Source: Moniliella sp. 'wahieum'
Taxonomy: Eukaryota
Direction of reading: 5' to 3'
DNA: 64,000 nucleotides
Assembly: GCA_003971905.1 (NCBI GenBank)
Contig: RSEE01000008.1
Location: forward strand, 992,001-1,056,000
This document shows positions 13,901 through 26,546 of this stretch, one piece after another. Every line of letters starts with the position of its first letter. Position 1 is the first letter of the stretch. Below the pieces are notes generated by a model. The model was not told the origin of the DNA, ran no database searches, and was given only the letters and a program-made list of their open reading frames with translations. The translations under genes and the position numbers were made by a program.

Positions 13901-16539
13901 TCGTGGATGGGGGAGTAGCCGAAGCCAACAGACCCACGCTGCCCAAGCTGAGATGGTGGGCTGCATCCTCTTCCTCGGCTGCGGCTCGAGCCCGGCGCTG
14001 CTCGGCAGCCACAGCGCGCTTATGAGCCGCCTCGTACTGCCATCGAATCAGGTCAGAGCAGATGGCCTCGTAGGCGGCCCAATCGCTGGGCCGCCGTTCG
14101 GCTTCGTGAATCAGCTCGAGCGCTTCGGCATGGCGAGCACAGTAATACTGGTAGACGGAAAGTTGAGGCGCCTGAGAATCCCAACAAAAGATCAGTCCCA
14201 AGACTATACCACACAAAAGAGGGAAGGAAACGTACAATCTTTACCAGCTCTTCAGCAACCTGGGTGGTGGCTTGATCAAGGCTGGGGCTCATGGCCAGTT
14301 CCAACAGTGTCGCCTTGCCACTCACCGGCTCGTCCTCCCTCCCATGCTGCGGGTACGACGATGTGCGCCAGGACCCTTGGCGGCCGAGGAGCGGGATTTC
14401 CCGTGGATAGAGCCCTTGGCTCTCGAATGCCATTGTTGGTTAAAATTCGGTCGAGCTTGACGGAAAGTTGCTGGTGCAAGCGCAAGAGCGCTTCCGCGTT
14501 GCGGCATACCATATCCAGTTTCACGTTCGGTTCGATCATGTCGGCACTGGCACGGAAGTAGGCGAGGCGGGGAAGGTTCTCGAAAAAGACCAAGACAAGG
14601 ATGGCAAGGTCGTCGGCATAGGTTCGCTCCGTGTCGACGAGCTCGGTGAGCGAAGCGAGCATCTTAAGACGCCGCTGTTGGTGCGACCGCTGTACTCTCT
14701 GTTCTTCGTCCAGCTCCCCGTCATGCAGTGCCCCCCGTTGGGTGCGGGCGCACCAGGAAGAAAGGCCTCATTTCCCTGCTCACAGCAGCAGGTGCAGAAG
14801 GAGTACGTGGAGATACGGTGGTCGGTAACGAAGGCACCCGTTCAGCTTCTTCTTTCTCCATTGGCGGCGAGGCCGGAAGGGCAGGAGATAAATGTATGGA
14901 TCCGTACCTTTTATCGTGGTCGCAGGGGGAGCAGAAGGAGGTGGTGAGTCGAGAAAGGGCTATCAATCTGGGGCAGGCGGCCTTCCTCTCCTCCTATCTT
15001 CGTCGGGTACCACCTGAGCCCGCGCGGACGGGGTGTAACAAGGACTGGAGTATTACGAGTCGAGCAAAGATAGCAGCGGGACCAGCAGAGAGCGAAGCGG
15101 CGAGCGAGGCACCCGACTAGCCAACCCATCGGAATGGCGTAACGAGGAACGACGGGCCAAGTCAGCCGTCGAAGCCGTACTCGTACTCGAAGTGGCGGTG
15201 GCAGTGCTCCCGCGACGTCCTGAGCTGAGCTTGCGACTGAGACTCGCCTTACTCTTCTGACTGAGCTGACGTAGCAAGCTTCCGCTTGACGAAGGAGGGC
15301 GGGGAGCCAGAATGAGACTCGTACAGCAAGGAGTCGCTGGAACAGGTATGTCCATATCCGAGGGAACAAACGAAGGTAGGGCCTGCCCTTCACCCCTGTT
15401 TCTCCGCTTCCCAAAGGTACGGGCGAGTCGCTGATCTTAGAGCAAGTCAAAGACTCCTGTTGGTGGATGACCCAACGGCAGAGGTGGGAGCCGACGAAGT
15501 ACTACGGGACGGTACTGATTTTGATGGGGCCGGCGATGGGTTCGTGTTGAGCAGCGTTGGTGTGGCCAAGGACGCAGGCAAACGGAGCTGGAAAAGGATT
15601 GTCAGCGGACCAGCAAGCAGAAGAAGAAAACCAGAGAGAGCAAGCGTGACGCTGGGGGGATGATCGGGGGCAATGACTGAGGGGCGTACCTTGCTTGATG
15701 CGGGACTCGCGCGGCTGCGCAGCCTACCGTTTCCCGACCGCGATCGTGAGGCGCTCTTGCCAATACCAGGGTGTGGCGGATGCGGGACGTGGTTTTGCTA
15801 GAGGGAGGCAAAGGGGGCAGCGCGGTGTCAACAGGAGAAGAGGGAACCGAACGTGGTAGGAAGTGACGTCTTTTCCGGGGAGAGGAGGGGGAGCCATAGC
15901 CTCCTGCTTGTGTTGCCCTTTGGCAGCGTCAAGCGAGGGCAGACTCTTTACTCGCCGCGCAACAACGGTACCCGCCTTGGCATCGGCTGAGGTTGTGTTG
16001 CTACGACAGGGGACAGACTCGGGCGGCTGAGGGCCGGTATGCGGGGGATTGGGTGTGATGGGTAGGCATGGCTGCTCAGGGATTCCTCCTGTGGCGTGGG
16101 GGGCTTGTCCTGTACCGCATGGTTGGGGCTGGGGGGTGGATGTGGCAGAGAGGTCTTCGGCCGAGATGAAGCGGTCGCCGGGCGGTGAGGGCGCAGCCAA
16201 GCTGGCGGGAGGCGGGGAGGGAGGGGGTTGCTGGGGAATGGCCGAGGGGGGGGAGGGGGGAGGGTGCAGCTCCGGCGGCTGGACGTGTGCCATGTCGGGA
16301 GAGGGCGGGGCTGGGAAGATGCCGCTAAGCGCGGGCGAGACGGGGACGCCACGTGGGGGAGGCAGGAGGGCGTTGCGCTGGGTCTGGCGCGGCGGGGCGA
16401 GTGGGGGGGGGAGGGGGGGTCGAGGGGGGCGAAGAGAGCGGGGGTGCGCATCGGGGAGGTCGCGTGGGCGAGGCGGAGGCTGGCGGCGACGGGGGGGGGA
16501 GGGGGGCAGAGGGCGCTGGCCCGCGGCAGGGCTGGGCAT
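11000..16539 (-). CDS. Dbl-homology (DH)-PH Rho guanine nucleotide exchange factor with long low-complexity termini
   Basis: LTELVDTERTYADDL (DH start), LSVYQYYCARHAEAL, LRFHDFFVKPVQRIMLYRLVL..MLKY, PH-like YLSLVLFEGFVLMAKV..FEVMAVNQKERDLWL. Pro-rich N-terminus from gccATG 16539. The 3' end is approximate because of frameshifts. Confidence 0.85.
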
Positions 16540-17149
16540 GGCAGCGGCGGCTAGCCACGGCGGGGGATGGTGGTGGTGGGGGGAAAGGGGGGAGAGGGGG
16601 AGGGGAGAGGCGTGGAGAGGAGAGGTGCGAAGCGGAGTGGGAGAAGCGGTGAGAAGCGGAGCGGCGTGCGGCGGCTGGGCTGCGCGGTGCGCAGCCAAGC
16701 GGGGGCCGCACAGCTGGGCTGGTTTAGGCTGCTGCGCTCAGCCCCCACAGCATCCACGCATCAGCGCATCCACGCCTCACCCGTCCCAGCCCCTCCACCC
16801 GCCGCCGGAGTGCCGCAGCCCACCCACACTGCCCCTGCGCCCCGTGCCCCATCATCCATCACCGTCCTCGTCACCCCGATCACGTGTTGCGCGGGGGCAC
16901 ACACCATCCATCCCCGCCATTTCCATCGCCATCGCCCTGCCACCCCCATCTCCCTCCCCATCCAGCATACATCATTCCCCTGGCATGGCGGCGGGGAAGC
17001 TTAGATTCGGCCTGGCGTCGCATGTGGCAGCCGCCCCGTGCCCGCCGCGCTCGCGCCGGTCTAGGCTGCGTGCGCTGGGTTGCTATTTCAGCCCGCGCCT
17101 GTCCAACGTCCTCCCCTCCAAGCAAAGCGTCACGCGTCCGGCGGCGGGA

Positions 17150-17157
17150 TGACGTCA
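17150..17157. promoter_or_regulatory. CRE/ATF-type palindrome TGACGTCA upstream of the RhoGEF
   Basis: Perfect TGACGTCA. TGACGT half-sites also occur in other upstream or intergenic regions (about 7042, 24027-24058, 32570, 38028, 49255, 59950). Confidence 0.3.
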
Positions 17158-17329
17158 CCACTCATCCCAAGTCGCTGTCGGGGGGCGGGCGGGGCGAAGC
17201 TTAACCTACACCCGTGCATCAGCGCAGTGCTAGCACACAGCTCCCCCTGCGCCCTCTCGTCCGGCGCATGTGCACCCTGCCTACCCTCACCTGTGCAGAA
17301 CCCACCCGCACGCATCACTGATAGCGCTC

Positions 17330-17412
17330 ACTAGCACTAGTCACTAATCACTGTGTGCATGTGACTTCCACCTCAAGTCACTAGTCACTAGTCACTAGTC
17401 TAGGCACTAGCC
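17330..17412. repeat. Short tandem (GTCACTA)n / ACTAGT array
   Basis: cactagcactagtcactaatcac...gtcactagtcactagtcactagtctaggcactag. Confidence 0.7.
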
Positions 17413-20085
17413 ACTTCGATATTATGCCAGCTACTGACATCGACTGAGATCTGAGATCCGGGGTAAGTTCATTCACCTTTCCAAGCGCACACTTGGCCCA
17501 AACAGACCAGAGAACCAACCGCCTCCATTGTAGCATCCCCATCGCTTTCCTCCCGCTCCCCACTATATGTGCTCTATCGAATACCACCCCCGATTTGGCT
17601 GTCCCCGCCTCTGTCTCTTCCATACAGGGAGCAGGGCACTGTTGCCATCTACATCTCCCCAGCCGCCAAAAAAAATGGGCCTGCAGATCGCTCTCTCACA
17701 GGCAATTGCAGAAATAGGTAAGGATGATTATTGGGGGTGGAAAACACGAGAAGTTACTCCGTCCAAGTGTCCATCAACTTCCCTCTCTATAATCGAGCAA
17801 TAAGGCCACGTTGCCTCATCGGTCTGTCGCTCTCGTATGCACCTGGCTAAGGTGGCCCTTTTCCCGGGGCTAGGCCTGTCCATGCATGATGAGGATGCGG
17901 AATAAGTTGACGTAGTCAACGTTGCGTCTTCCTCCCTCGGACCCATCCGCCATTGCCTTCTGGTTGTCTTTCTTTTTTTCCTCTACTTTCGTCGTCGTTG
18001 CTGTGGAGAATTGAACGTTGATGGCGTTGATATCAGGCCCAACTAGCCTTAGCACGCTGAAAGTGTCATACAGCCGATCCAGTCTCGGACTGTGCACGTG
18101 AGTTCTCTCTGCTTGTAGTTGTGTGGCTGGTGTTGGCTGAATAGCAATCGAGGCAACGCGTTACAAAACCGTGTGATTAGGATTACTTATCCTTCCTCTG
18201 GTACATATACACACACCATAGTCTCGGCCTGTACTCCCTTTTTGGCGAGAAGACGGAAGGAGAATGGGTAATAGCATGGCAGCTGATGCGCTGATGGCTC
18301 TCACACGTCCTCCACGTTGCTCTCGGACGTATACCAACTTGGCAGGGTTGTCTTGGATGGAGGAGGGGGGGATGTAGGAAGATAAGGGGGCACCAAGGAG
18401 ATACACACACCGCCCCCTTTATTCTCCTTCAAAAAACAGTCTCTGCCTCACTACAGGTCACATGCTGCGTCTTACCCGATGGATCGGAGAGGGTATGGGT
18501 ACCCCATCCAACGTCCGCGATATCTTGTTCTGCCACGATAGTGGGTCTCGTTCGCATGCAGAATATGGTGCCGCAAGAGCTCATACGCTGGGCGTGGATG
18601 GTGTCGCTGGGCGAGGCGGGGACAGATAGTGAGCGTGTGCGGTAAGTGAACAACAGAGGAAGAGGGTGACAATTGAAATGTGTATGAAGTGGTCGCTGGC
18701 GCAGAGGCCACCCAAACGGCCTCGCACGGACAGCCCGAGCCTGCCCGAGCACAACGGCACGCCTCCATCAGCAACCGGTAACTAGTGAAGCTAGTAACCG
18801 GTAACGGTAACCGGTAACCCCAGATGTCCAACGCGGCTCCTAGTCACTTAGTCACGGTGCTTAGGCCCAGGCCCAGTCGCTTCCACCATCTTGCTCGGCG
18901 GGATCGATGATCCATTCGCCTTCGAAGTCTTAGGGCTTCGGGCGCTGAGGCTCTCGGTCCCCGTCGGCAGAGTTAAAAAAACGCTGTGGTCGCACATGCA
19001 TCACACACCAGTATCAATAGGTCGGAGAATATTGCTCGTTTTTGGCCGCCGATTGGTATATGATCGATGATTTCGGTTGCTACTCCACCCAGCCGTCCTC
19101 TGCAGAGGAGGATGGGTCCGGTGGGCTACCTTATTGTTGCAACAGGAGGTAACAGACGCTGGCAGAGGTAACTGCGTTCCCGAGAGATGAGACTGCCACC
19201 GAAGAGAGAGAAGAAAAAGGTGATACCGGTGACGCGCTGTCTTCTTTTTGCCATCGGGGTTGCCGCAACACAAGACACACCCATCAAAAAGGTCAATGTG
19301 TTTGAGGGAAAATGTGCATTGTGGAGATGCATGCTTTGTGGTAGGTGGCACAACACATTATGTTGATACCTTGGAATCGTTTGCATGCGCGATGGGTGTG
19401 CTAGGTCGCGCGCCCCTTCATGATGACGCGGACGCGCGAGATGTGTTGTGTTCACTACCACACAATTAATGAAAGACGCATATTCGAACCTGCGCCTGTG
19501 TGTCTGGTCCCCCTCAACTTCAGAGGCGTAACGGTGTTTCGAATGCAATGCATTGCTTCTCCCCCCCGCCAAAAGTGTCAGAGACAGCTTGAGCAGGGGC
19601 CAACAACCGGTGAAAGCATGGCTTGCCGATCAGGCGTATAGAGAGTGGGCACTCTACTGACATTCTGACTGCATAATAACGAGTGTCCACTTGAGTGTGG
19701 GCAGATGCGTGTGCTTCTTACTGCACGAGCGTCGTTGCTTGTAAGTGCCACGTTGTGCAGCCCTACTGGTGGGGATTCCAAATGCTGGGTGTTGCACATA
19801 CCTCGATAGGCTTCTTCTTCGACTTGCCCCTGGCCTCTGCTGCTGCAGGTGCCCAATCGCCGCGCAGCTGCTTCCGGAGCCTTTCTTCTTCCACTGGCCG
19901 TCGATCAAGGCATGATCAACCAAAGGGCAATCAGTTGCCCCTCTCCGTGCTGAGACGATTTAAAAGCGGACGTGTCCAGCTTCTGTCCCAACTGTCACCA
20001 GTCCCCTCCATTCCCCACTCTCCCCCTGAGTCCACAGACCCCCCACACTACAGGCTGTGCCCGTCCCTTTCCATTCTCTCTCATC

Positions 20086-21545
20086 ATGCAGGTCTACCAA
20101 ATTCTTGCTGAGTACTTGGACCACAAGCCTCTCTCCATCTCAACCTCGTCGGTCATCACACAGCATGCCGACAGCCTCGTACGACCCAAGATGTTTGACC
20201 TCTACGGTTCGGATGTGGTAGCTGAGAAAAACGCATCTGTCGCAGCTGAAGCTCTCACCAATCTCCTGTTGCAATCAAACTTCCCCCCCATCAGTGGCTC
20301 GATGAAAGGCGACTTGGATGCTTACCTGAACAAAATGTTCCTTCACTTGCTGGAAGAGTATCGTCCCAACCACTCTCCTTCACAAGCGTCTTCTCATAAA
20401 GACGAGAAGGAAAGCAAGTCACCTTCGGGCTTATACCGGCCAAGCGTCTACTCGGTTCTCAACGCCTTCAAAAAAAGGAGGATCACATGCTAACCAGCGA
20501 AAGAAAAGCTCTGAGCATGATGACAGGGCTCTCCTCGAGCCAGTTGATTAACCATGTGAGTACCCCTTCTTACCCTTCTGGTCCCGGTGCACTATCGGTA
20601 AGTAAAGAGAACTAGGGCTAACATGGTGGTTTTCTCCCAGTTTCAAAACTCACGTCGCCCTGTCGAATCAAAGCAGCGGGCAGGCAAGAGCAAGCAAGAG
20701 CAGCAAAACCAATCGGCCTCGGCCGCCTCTCCGCAGGAAACACTCTTTGGTTTCTGGCCTGCATCGTCCAGCTGGGATGGGTCCGTTCTGCCCTCCGAAT
20801 CTTCCACTTCGGCACCGACGCGCACTTCGTCCATCACTTCCTCGACCCTCAACTCGGCTCTTACTTGCACAAGCCACTTGCCCTGGTTCTCCCCAACCGA
20901 TTGCTCCACACCTCTCGTGGACCGTGGACAGGAGACGGCGCTCCAAGCGGCCGTCACTACCTCTCTTTCCTCCCCTGCCGTTTCACTCACGCCTCCCCTA
21001 GTCAACCCAGTGGGGGCTCCAACCACGACAGATGACGCCATGTACTTGAACATGATGAGCGCGACAGGCAACTTAATTACTTCGTTCCTCATGCCCCCCA
21101 CACCTGTGTTCTCTCCTTCGTTCAGTGGGACGATGAACACTTCGGCTGCGGAACTCTCGTCGCCTAACCCCTCCCCCAACAACCACCTCCTTTCGTCCTC
21201 ATCCTCACTATACCCTAACCAACCTCTTGTTGGCGCTGACCAGGAGGCCGAATCGGAAACGGCACTTCAATTGCTGCTCTCGGAGCCATCGACCAGGGCG
21301 GGGTGGATGGATGCGACCCGCTGGAATCGACCCCTTCTTCCTTTTTTCAGGACGACGTCAGCTTCAACTTCTCCTCCCTCCCTCTCCCCCTCCTCCGAGT
21401 TGGAGACAGGGCGGCAATGGAGAATGACCTAATGGTTCCGGACTTGGCGCTTGTCGCCCCCCATTCCTCGATGGTGAAACCCGAAGCCCCGTCCCTTGAA
21501 AACACCCCGGGCAGTTGGGACTGCAACACTCCATCGCTCATCTAA
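20086..21545 (+). CDS. Homeodomain transcription factor, HD2/bW mating-type-like architecture
   Basis: Adding one A to the A7 run at 20470-20476 and removing intron 20556-20640 (GTGAGT..GCTAAC..CAG) gives YRPSVYSVLNAFKKKEDHMLTSERKALSMMTGLSSSQLINH|FQNSRR. This has canonical spacing (L16, R31, L34, G39-L40, Q44, F49-Q50-N51, R53). About 115-aa N-terminal domain and a long Ser/Pro/acidic C-terminus. Confidence 0.75.
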
Positions 21546-21977
21546 GAGATCTAGCTGGCACCCACGCACTGTTGGCCCTCCATTTGTTGTGAATACCCTA
21601 CTGGCCCCGCTTCTCTCTTTCCCCTTCTATTCCTTTTTGGACCCGGGAGGCCGTCGTTCCTTGTCTCCTTCTATATCTTGATATATCTGCATCTGCTCCC
21701 AGCTCCGCCCCGCTCCGCCGCCTTGACCGTCGTAGTATAATGAACCCTTTATATCTCTGCATATACTATGAAAGAAGTTTCGCAATCACCCACCCTGTAA
21801 CCTATCTGGTTTGGGTTCCTCCTCCAACGTCATGCCAACGTGCATCCATTGGCAACAGAGGTTAGGCCACCGGGTAAGATGGCATCAGCCTTCAACGAGA
21901 GGGTGTGACAATACAATGGTGTCTATAGATAGTCCAATGGGGGGGGGGGTGATGGGATAATCAACCTTTAAGGCGTA

Positions 21978-23897
21978 TTAGCGTTCGGCTTGAGCTGACG
22001 CCAAGGGGGAGAGGGAGACATGTCCTGATGCTGCAAGTGGCGTTACCGGGTTACCTCCTCCTCGGTTGGGAGGCAAGGGTATATTTCTGCTCGCCCCACA
22101 CCATGACCCCGAACCCGCCCAGAATGAGTGCGCACCCCACCAAGCCCAACAAGGTAGGACGGTTACCCAATAGACCGTCTGCCAACTCCACCAGGACGGT
22201 GGTGAGAAGACAGGAGACGGCAGCAAGTACCGGTCCCCAAAGACCCAGTAAGATTGCTGCCAAGGCAAACTTAGGTTAGCTGTGGCAGACTGGGCGCCGA
22301 CCAGGCCAGCCAATGGAAACGAAACAGAGAGTCACGTACAGAAACAAGCATTGAATATGATCCCAAACCCTGCCACCGCGGCCAGGCTGACGTACACCAT
22401 GGGATTGGGCGGCAACTCAAACGGTTCCCAACCCACAACATGAGCAACGACCACCATTGTCCACAGCAACGCAGCGGTACACACCCCGATTAGCGACGTG
22501 ACCAGACTGGCGTGCAAGCCAAAGGGAAGCGTAGGAGGGCGAGGGTCCCACCGTGCCCCTTCAATCGTAAGGAAAGGAGAGACGGACAAGCGGCGTCTTG
22601 CGCACCGGCAGACAACCCCGTTGCTTCCGCGTCGAGGGTGCCGTCCGGTCGAAGTACATCCAATGCCCGTCCGCCTGCACTACTCTCGGCATCCGATTCA
22701 AACGGCAGCCACGTTCGGCCGGAATCCAAGGTGGTTTGGGGGGAAAGTGTTTCAACTCGTGGTCCCCCTGCAGGGTGCTCTGGTCCACGTCACTTCCCAC
22801 CTCGGGTTCGGCCTCAGCGTCGGTGTCGGTGTCGGTGTCAGTGTCGGTGTAGATCTGGGAACCGCGCCTGCTCTCCGTCGTATCCACATCCGACCGCCGC
22901 GGCGCAACCGGCTCCGCAGGTGGCAACATATTCTCACCTGGTAGCGTTCCCAGCAACTTGAACAGCACCTCGTACAAGCCCATGCTGATCGCGCCGAGCA
23001 AGGCAAGAAGATCGCCGACCAGGGCATGGGGGTACGTCGTATCCTCCGACTCGGTGCCGCTGTACGTGGTCACAGTAACGCCCAGCACGGCAACGGCGGT
23101 GGCAATCACCTTGAACGCTCGCCATTTGTCGCCCAAGATCCACACACTAAACACCAAAGCGGCCAGGGCATTGGTGTTATAAATCGCGCTAATGTCACTC
23201 ATGCGCGTGTAGGGGACCGCAGCGTACCAGCTCATAGCAGCCACGCCGACCGATGGTCAAGATCACGCTGCAAGTCAAAGTGCGGAAGAGGACGTGGGCG
23301 GTAGAGAGGGCCGGAGGAGGCGCCGCCCACATTTCCTTCACCACCTCGGTTGCTGCGTCCACGTCGGCCTCGGCCGCGGTGGCCGAGGCGTGGTGGCGCG
23401 GACTGGCAAGAACAGGGAGAGCGCGAGCATGCCATTGGATCGCCTGCCACAGCAGCGGGAGGTAATGGGCGCGGATGGACTGGCCCGTGCGCAATCGCAG
23501 GCCGCACAGATGAAGGGGGAGGATCAGGGCAAACGAGCTGTGGCCCAGATAGAGCGACAGAACGGGCTTGCGGTAGCCCAGGCCAGCTTGGACCCAGGCG
23601 GCCGATTCCGTCTGGGCCGTGTAGGCAAACAAGCTCAGGACAAAGGCACCCACCGCCGGCTGGCTTCCAGGCAGCGCGTCCAGGGCTGCGCCCGCCCGCC
23701 GCACAGCGCCGGCGCCGGGCACACGCTCCCACCAGGCGGGCCCAGGCTCGGCACGGGCGGCGGCGGGCGCAGGAGGGGCGTTTGGTGCTCGTACTCGTGC
23801 TCGTGCTCGGCAGCACGGGACGGAGGCGGAGATGCACTGGAGGGCTCCCGCATCGGTGGGGGCGGTCACCAAGTCGGTCAGGCACGCGTCGGGGCAT
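21978..23897 (-). CDS. DMT/EamA (SLC35F-like) membrane transporter
   Basis: FVLSLFAYTAQTESAAWVQAGLGYRKPVLSLYLGHSSF, SWYAAVPYTRMSDISAIYNTNALAALVFSVWIL, GDLLALLGAISMGLYEVLFK, GWEPFELPP, LGLWGPVLAAVSCLLTTVLV. Start and stop are approximate. Confidence 0.85.
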
Positions 23898-24650
23898 TCC
23901 AACCCCCGCCAGACACCGACCCCGCGAGCGACAGACGGGGTGGTGGCGGCGGGGCGGGGCGGGGCACCGCTTACCACATATCACGTGCCACCCCACAGCA
24001 AGCCACCGCAAGGTTTGTGACGCATGTGACGTGTGACGTGGAGGTGATAGCTTGACGTAGACAGGCTATGTGCTGCGCTGGCACTGGGCCAGCGATCGGA
24101 CTGCGCGCCTGCGCTTTCCTTTCGTGCTCCGGTGTTCGCTTCGCCTGTTGTCTTCTCTCCGCGGCTGACACCGCTTCCACTCACTCGATACTTCGTCCAC
24201 CCTCCGTGCTCGCGATCAGCTACCCAGCTCGTTCAGTCACTAGGGGCCATCTCATTGCGGCTAGTTGGTCACGGCGCAACACACGCAGCTGGTACTCGAG
24301 CAGGCTGTGACGACTCAGTCCCGGAAGGTCTTAGGTGGATGCATGATGTTTGGTGCGGCGTTTTTTTGGGGCCACGAAGAATGGCCTCAGCCTCACACGC
24401 CACACCTGCTGATCCTACTGTGATTTGGTCGCCAATGCTGTGGCCGATGAAAGTGTCAACTATAAGATGGGAAAGCAGTCGAAGAAGAGGATGGTATACA
24501 CGCATTAAGAGTCGTGGGCCCAGAAGGGAAGCGCATCACACAGAACGTGAAACAGAGAGAGGAAGGAGGATAGATACGAGGGAGGACGACGTGGCAACGC
24601 GCACAAGAGGAGGGAAGCTGGTGGAGGGTAGAAAGGTAATAGGGGGGGGA

Positions 24651-26410
24651 TTAGGCTACAACCGAATCTGAATGGGCCTCTTTTTCCTTGTCATCCTCTT
24701 CAATGTCGACGGGCGCGACAGTGGCAATGTGCTTGTCGGTAAAGTCATTGTAGGGATAAGGCAAGGGGTGGGCCTCGGGCCGTACGCCGGTCGCAATCTC
24801 CACAATCTCGGGGTGGATCGTGGTCGTCGGCCCAACAAAGTGCTTGCGCGCCTCAAAGATCCATGTCAACGCACAGAAGAGAGCGATGACTGCCTCGGCC
24901 ACAATGGTCCAGTTCATTTCGTTGCCCCCCGTAACCGGTACGGCGGTGGGGAAGAAGAAGAAGACAGTTGTGACCAAATTAAAGGCGACGGCAATGATGT
25001 TAATCACCGGCCCGGCCCGGCCTAGGTTCCAGCTGCGCTGTTGACCCGGCGGAACATAAGCATCCAGGATGCCGCGTCCACGGAGAAGGATGATCACGAC
25101 TGGAACCATATACGACATCTGGAAGTTGATCACGGACGAGTCGAGAATCGCTCCATACCCAGCGGGCGTGCCAAGGTAAATCAAACCAAAGACGGTGACC
25201 CAGAAACTGGTGAAGGTGATGGCCATGACAGGCGTGTGGAGCGTCTTGCTTTCGTACTGCCACCAGCGGTGGAAGAACAAGGCGCGGTCCATCGCGAGCG
25301 AGTGCACAACCCGCGATGCGGCAGTCAGAATTCCTGTCGCGGCAAAGCACATGGACAAAAGGGGGAACATGTTGAGGCAAATGGCACCGGCCTGGTTGCG
25401 CGTAGCTTGGTACAGGATCTCCAGGAGTGGACCTGCGCTCGAGGTAATCACCATGTTATAGTCGCTCAAGCAAAAGAGCAGAACGATGAGGAAGACAAGG
25501 CTCAGACTCGCGCCGAGCATAACGGCCATCACCATAACTACACAGAAACAGGACCAGTCAGCTTTGAGCATGAGTGAGACGAGGATGGATGGGAGTGCAT
25601 GAACGTACTTGCAGGAACGTACTTGGCCGGGTTGTTCACCTCCTCGGCAATGTGCAATACCCCGTCAATACCTATTATGAACAAAAAACGTTAGCGGAGG
25701 AAGCAGACGCGAGGGGGGGGGTATAGATGTACACACCAGTCAAGGAGAAGGCCGATTGAAGCAGACCGAGGATCCAGGCCACCCCGTCAGGCCAGCCAGT
25801 GTTGTTGACGAACGAGGCAAACACGAACTTGCCGGTCTGGAACTTTCCCGAAGAGCAAGCGAGGCAGACGATCGACATGACCGTCACACCTGAAATCATC
25901 CAGAGAAGCGAAGCGCGATTGACCGTGTCAAGCAACTTGATGCCAAACACGTTGATAGCCCAGGCAGCAATGGTGAGAGCAAGGTAGATGAGGAAGATGT
26001 GCCAGTTCTTTACCTCATAGGTGGGGTCGCGAAGGGCAATGATACCGGTAACAAACTGAGCAAAGATGGAGGAGGCAGAAGCTGTGACGGCAATCCAGCC
26101 TGCACCATTGATCCAGGCTGTAATGTAGGAGATGACGATGCGCCGCTTCGTGTACTGCACCCCCTGGGGTGCACACAAAAGATAGGCCCAGCTCGAGACG
26201 CCGGACCAAATCGGGAGCACTGCCAATCTCCGCCAGGGAGAGGGCCATGCACAGGATGCCACACCAGCTCGCCACCATGCCCCAGATAACTGCTTCAGGT
26301 CCACCCGAAGACAGGACAGTCGAGAGCGATCCCGATGCTGCGATGGGCGAATTCAGAATGGACAGACTGACGCCGACGGCGGCCATGGGCCCAAAGGACT
26401 TGCGTGGCAT
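24651..26410 (-). CDS. APC-superfamily amino acid/choline/GABA permease (HNM1/UGA4-like)
   Basis: SSGGPEAVIWG..MALSLAEI, SYITAWINGAGW, FVNNTGWPDGVAWILGLLQSAFSLTG, DGVLHIAEEVNNPAK micro-exon, AASRVVHSLAMDRALFF, FFFFPTAVPVTGGNEMNW. Confidence 0.9.
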
Positions 26411-26540
26411 GTTGGCAGATAGGGGGAGAGGGGGGGGGGGGGCGATGTGATTGGTGGTGCTGCCGGAAGGGTTAGCAACAGCAGGAAAGAAAATGAGAAC
26501 GTCCTCCTGTTGGGAGCGGGCAGAAGGGTGCTGTGGGGCT

Positions 26541-26546
26541 TTATAC
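26541..26546 (-). promoter_or_regulatory. Putative TATA box of the permease gene
   Basis: TATAAA on the minus strand about 130 bp upstream of ATG 26410. Confidence 0.4.
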
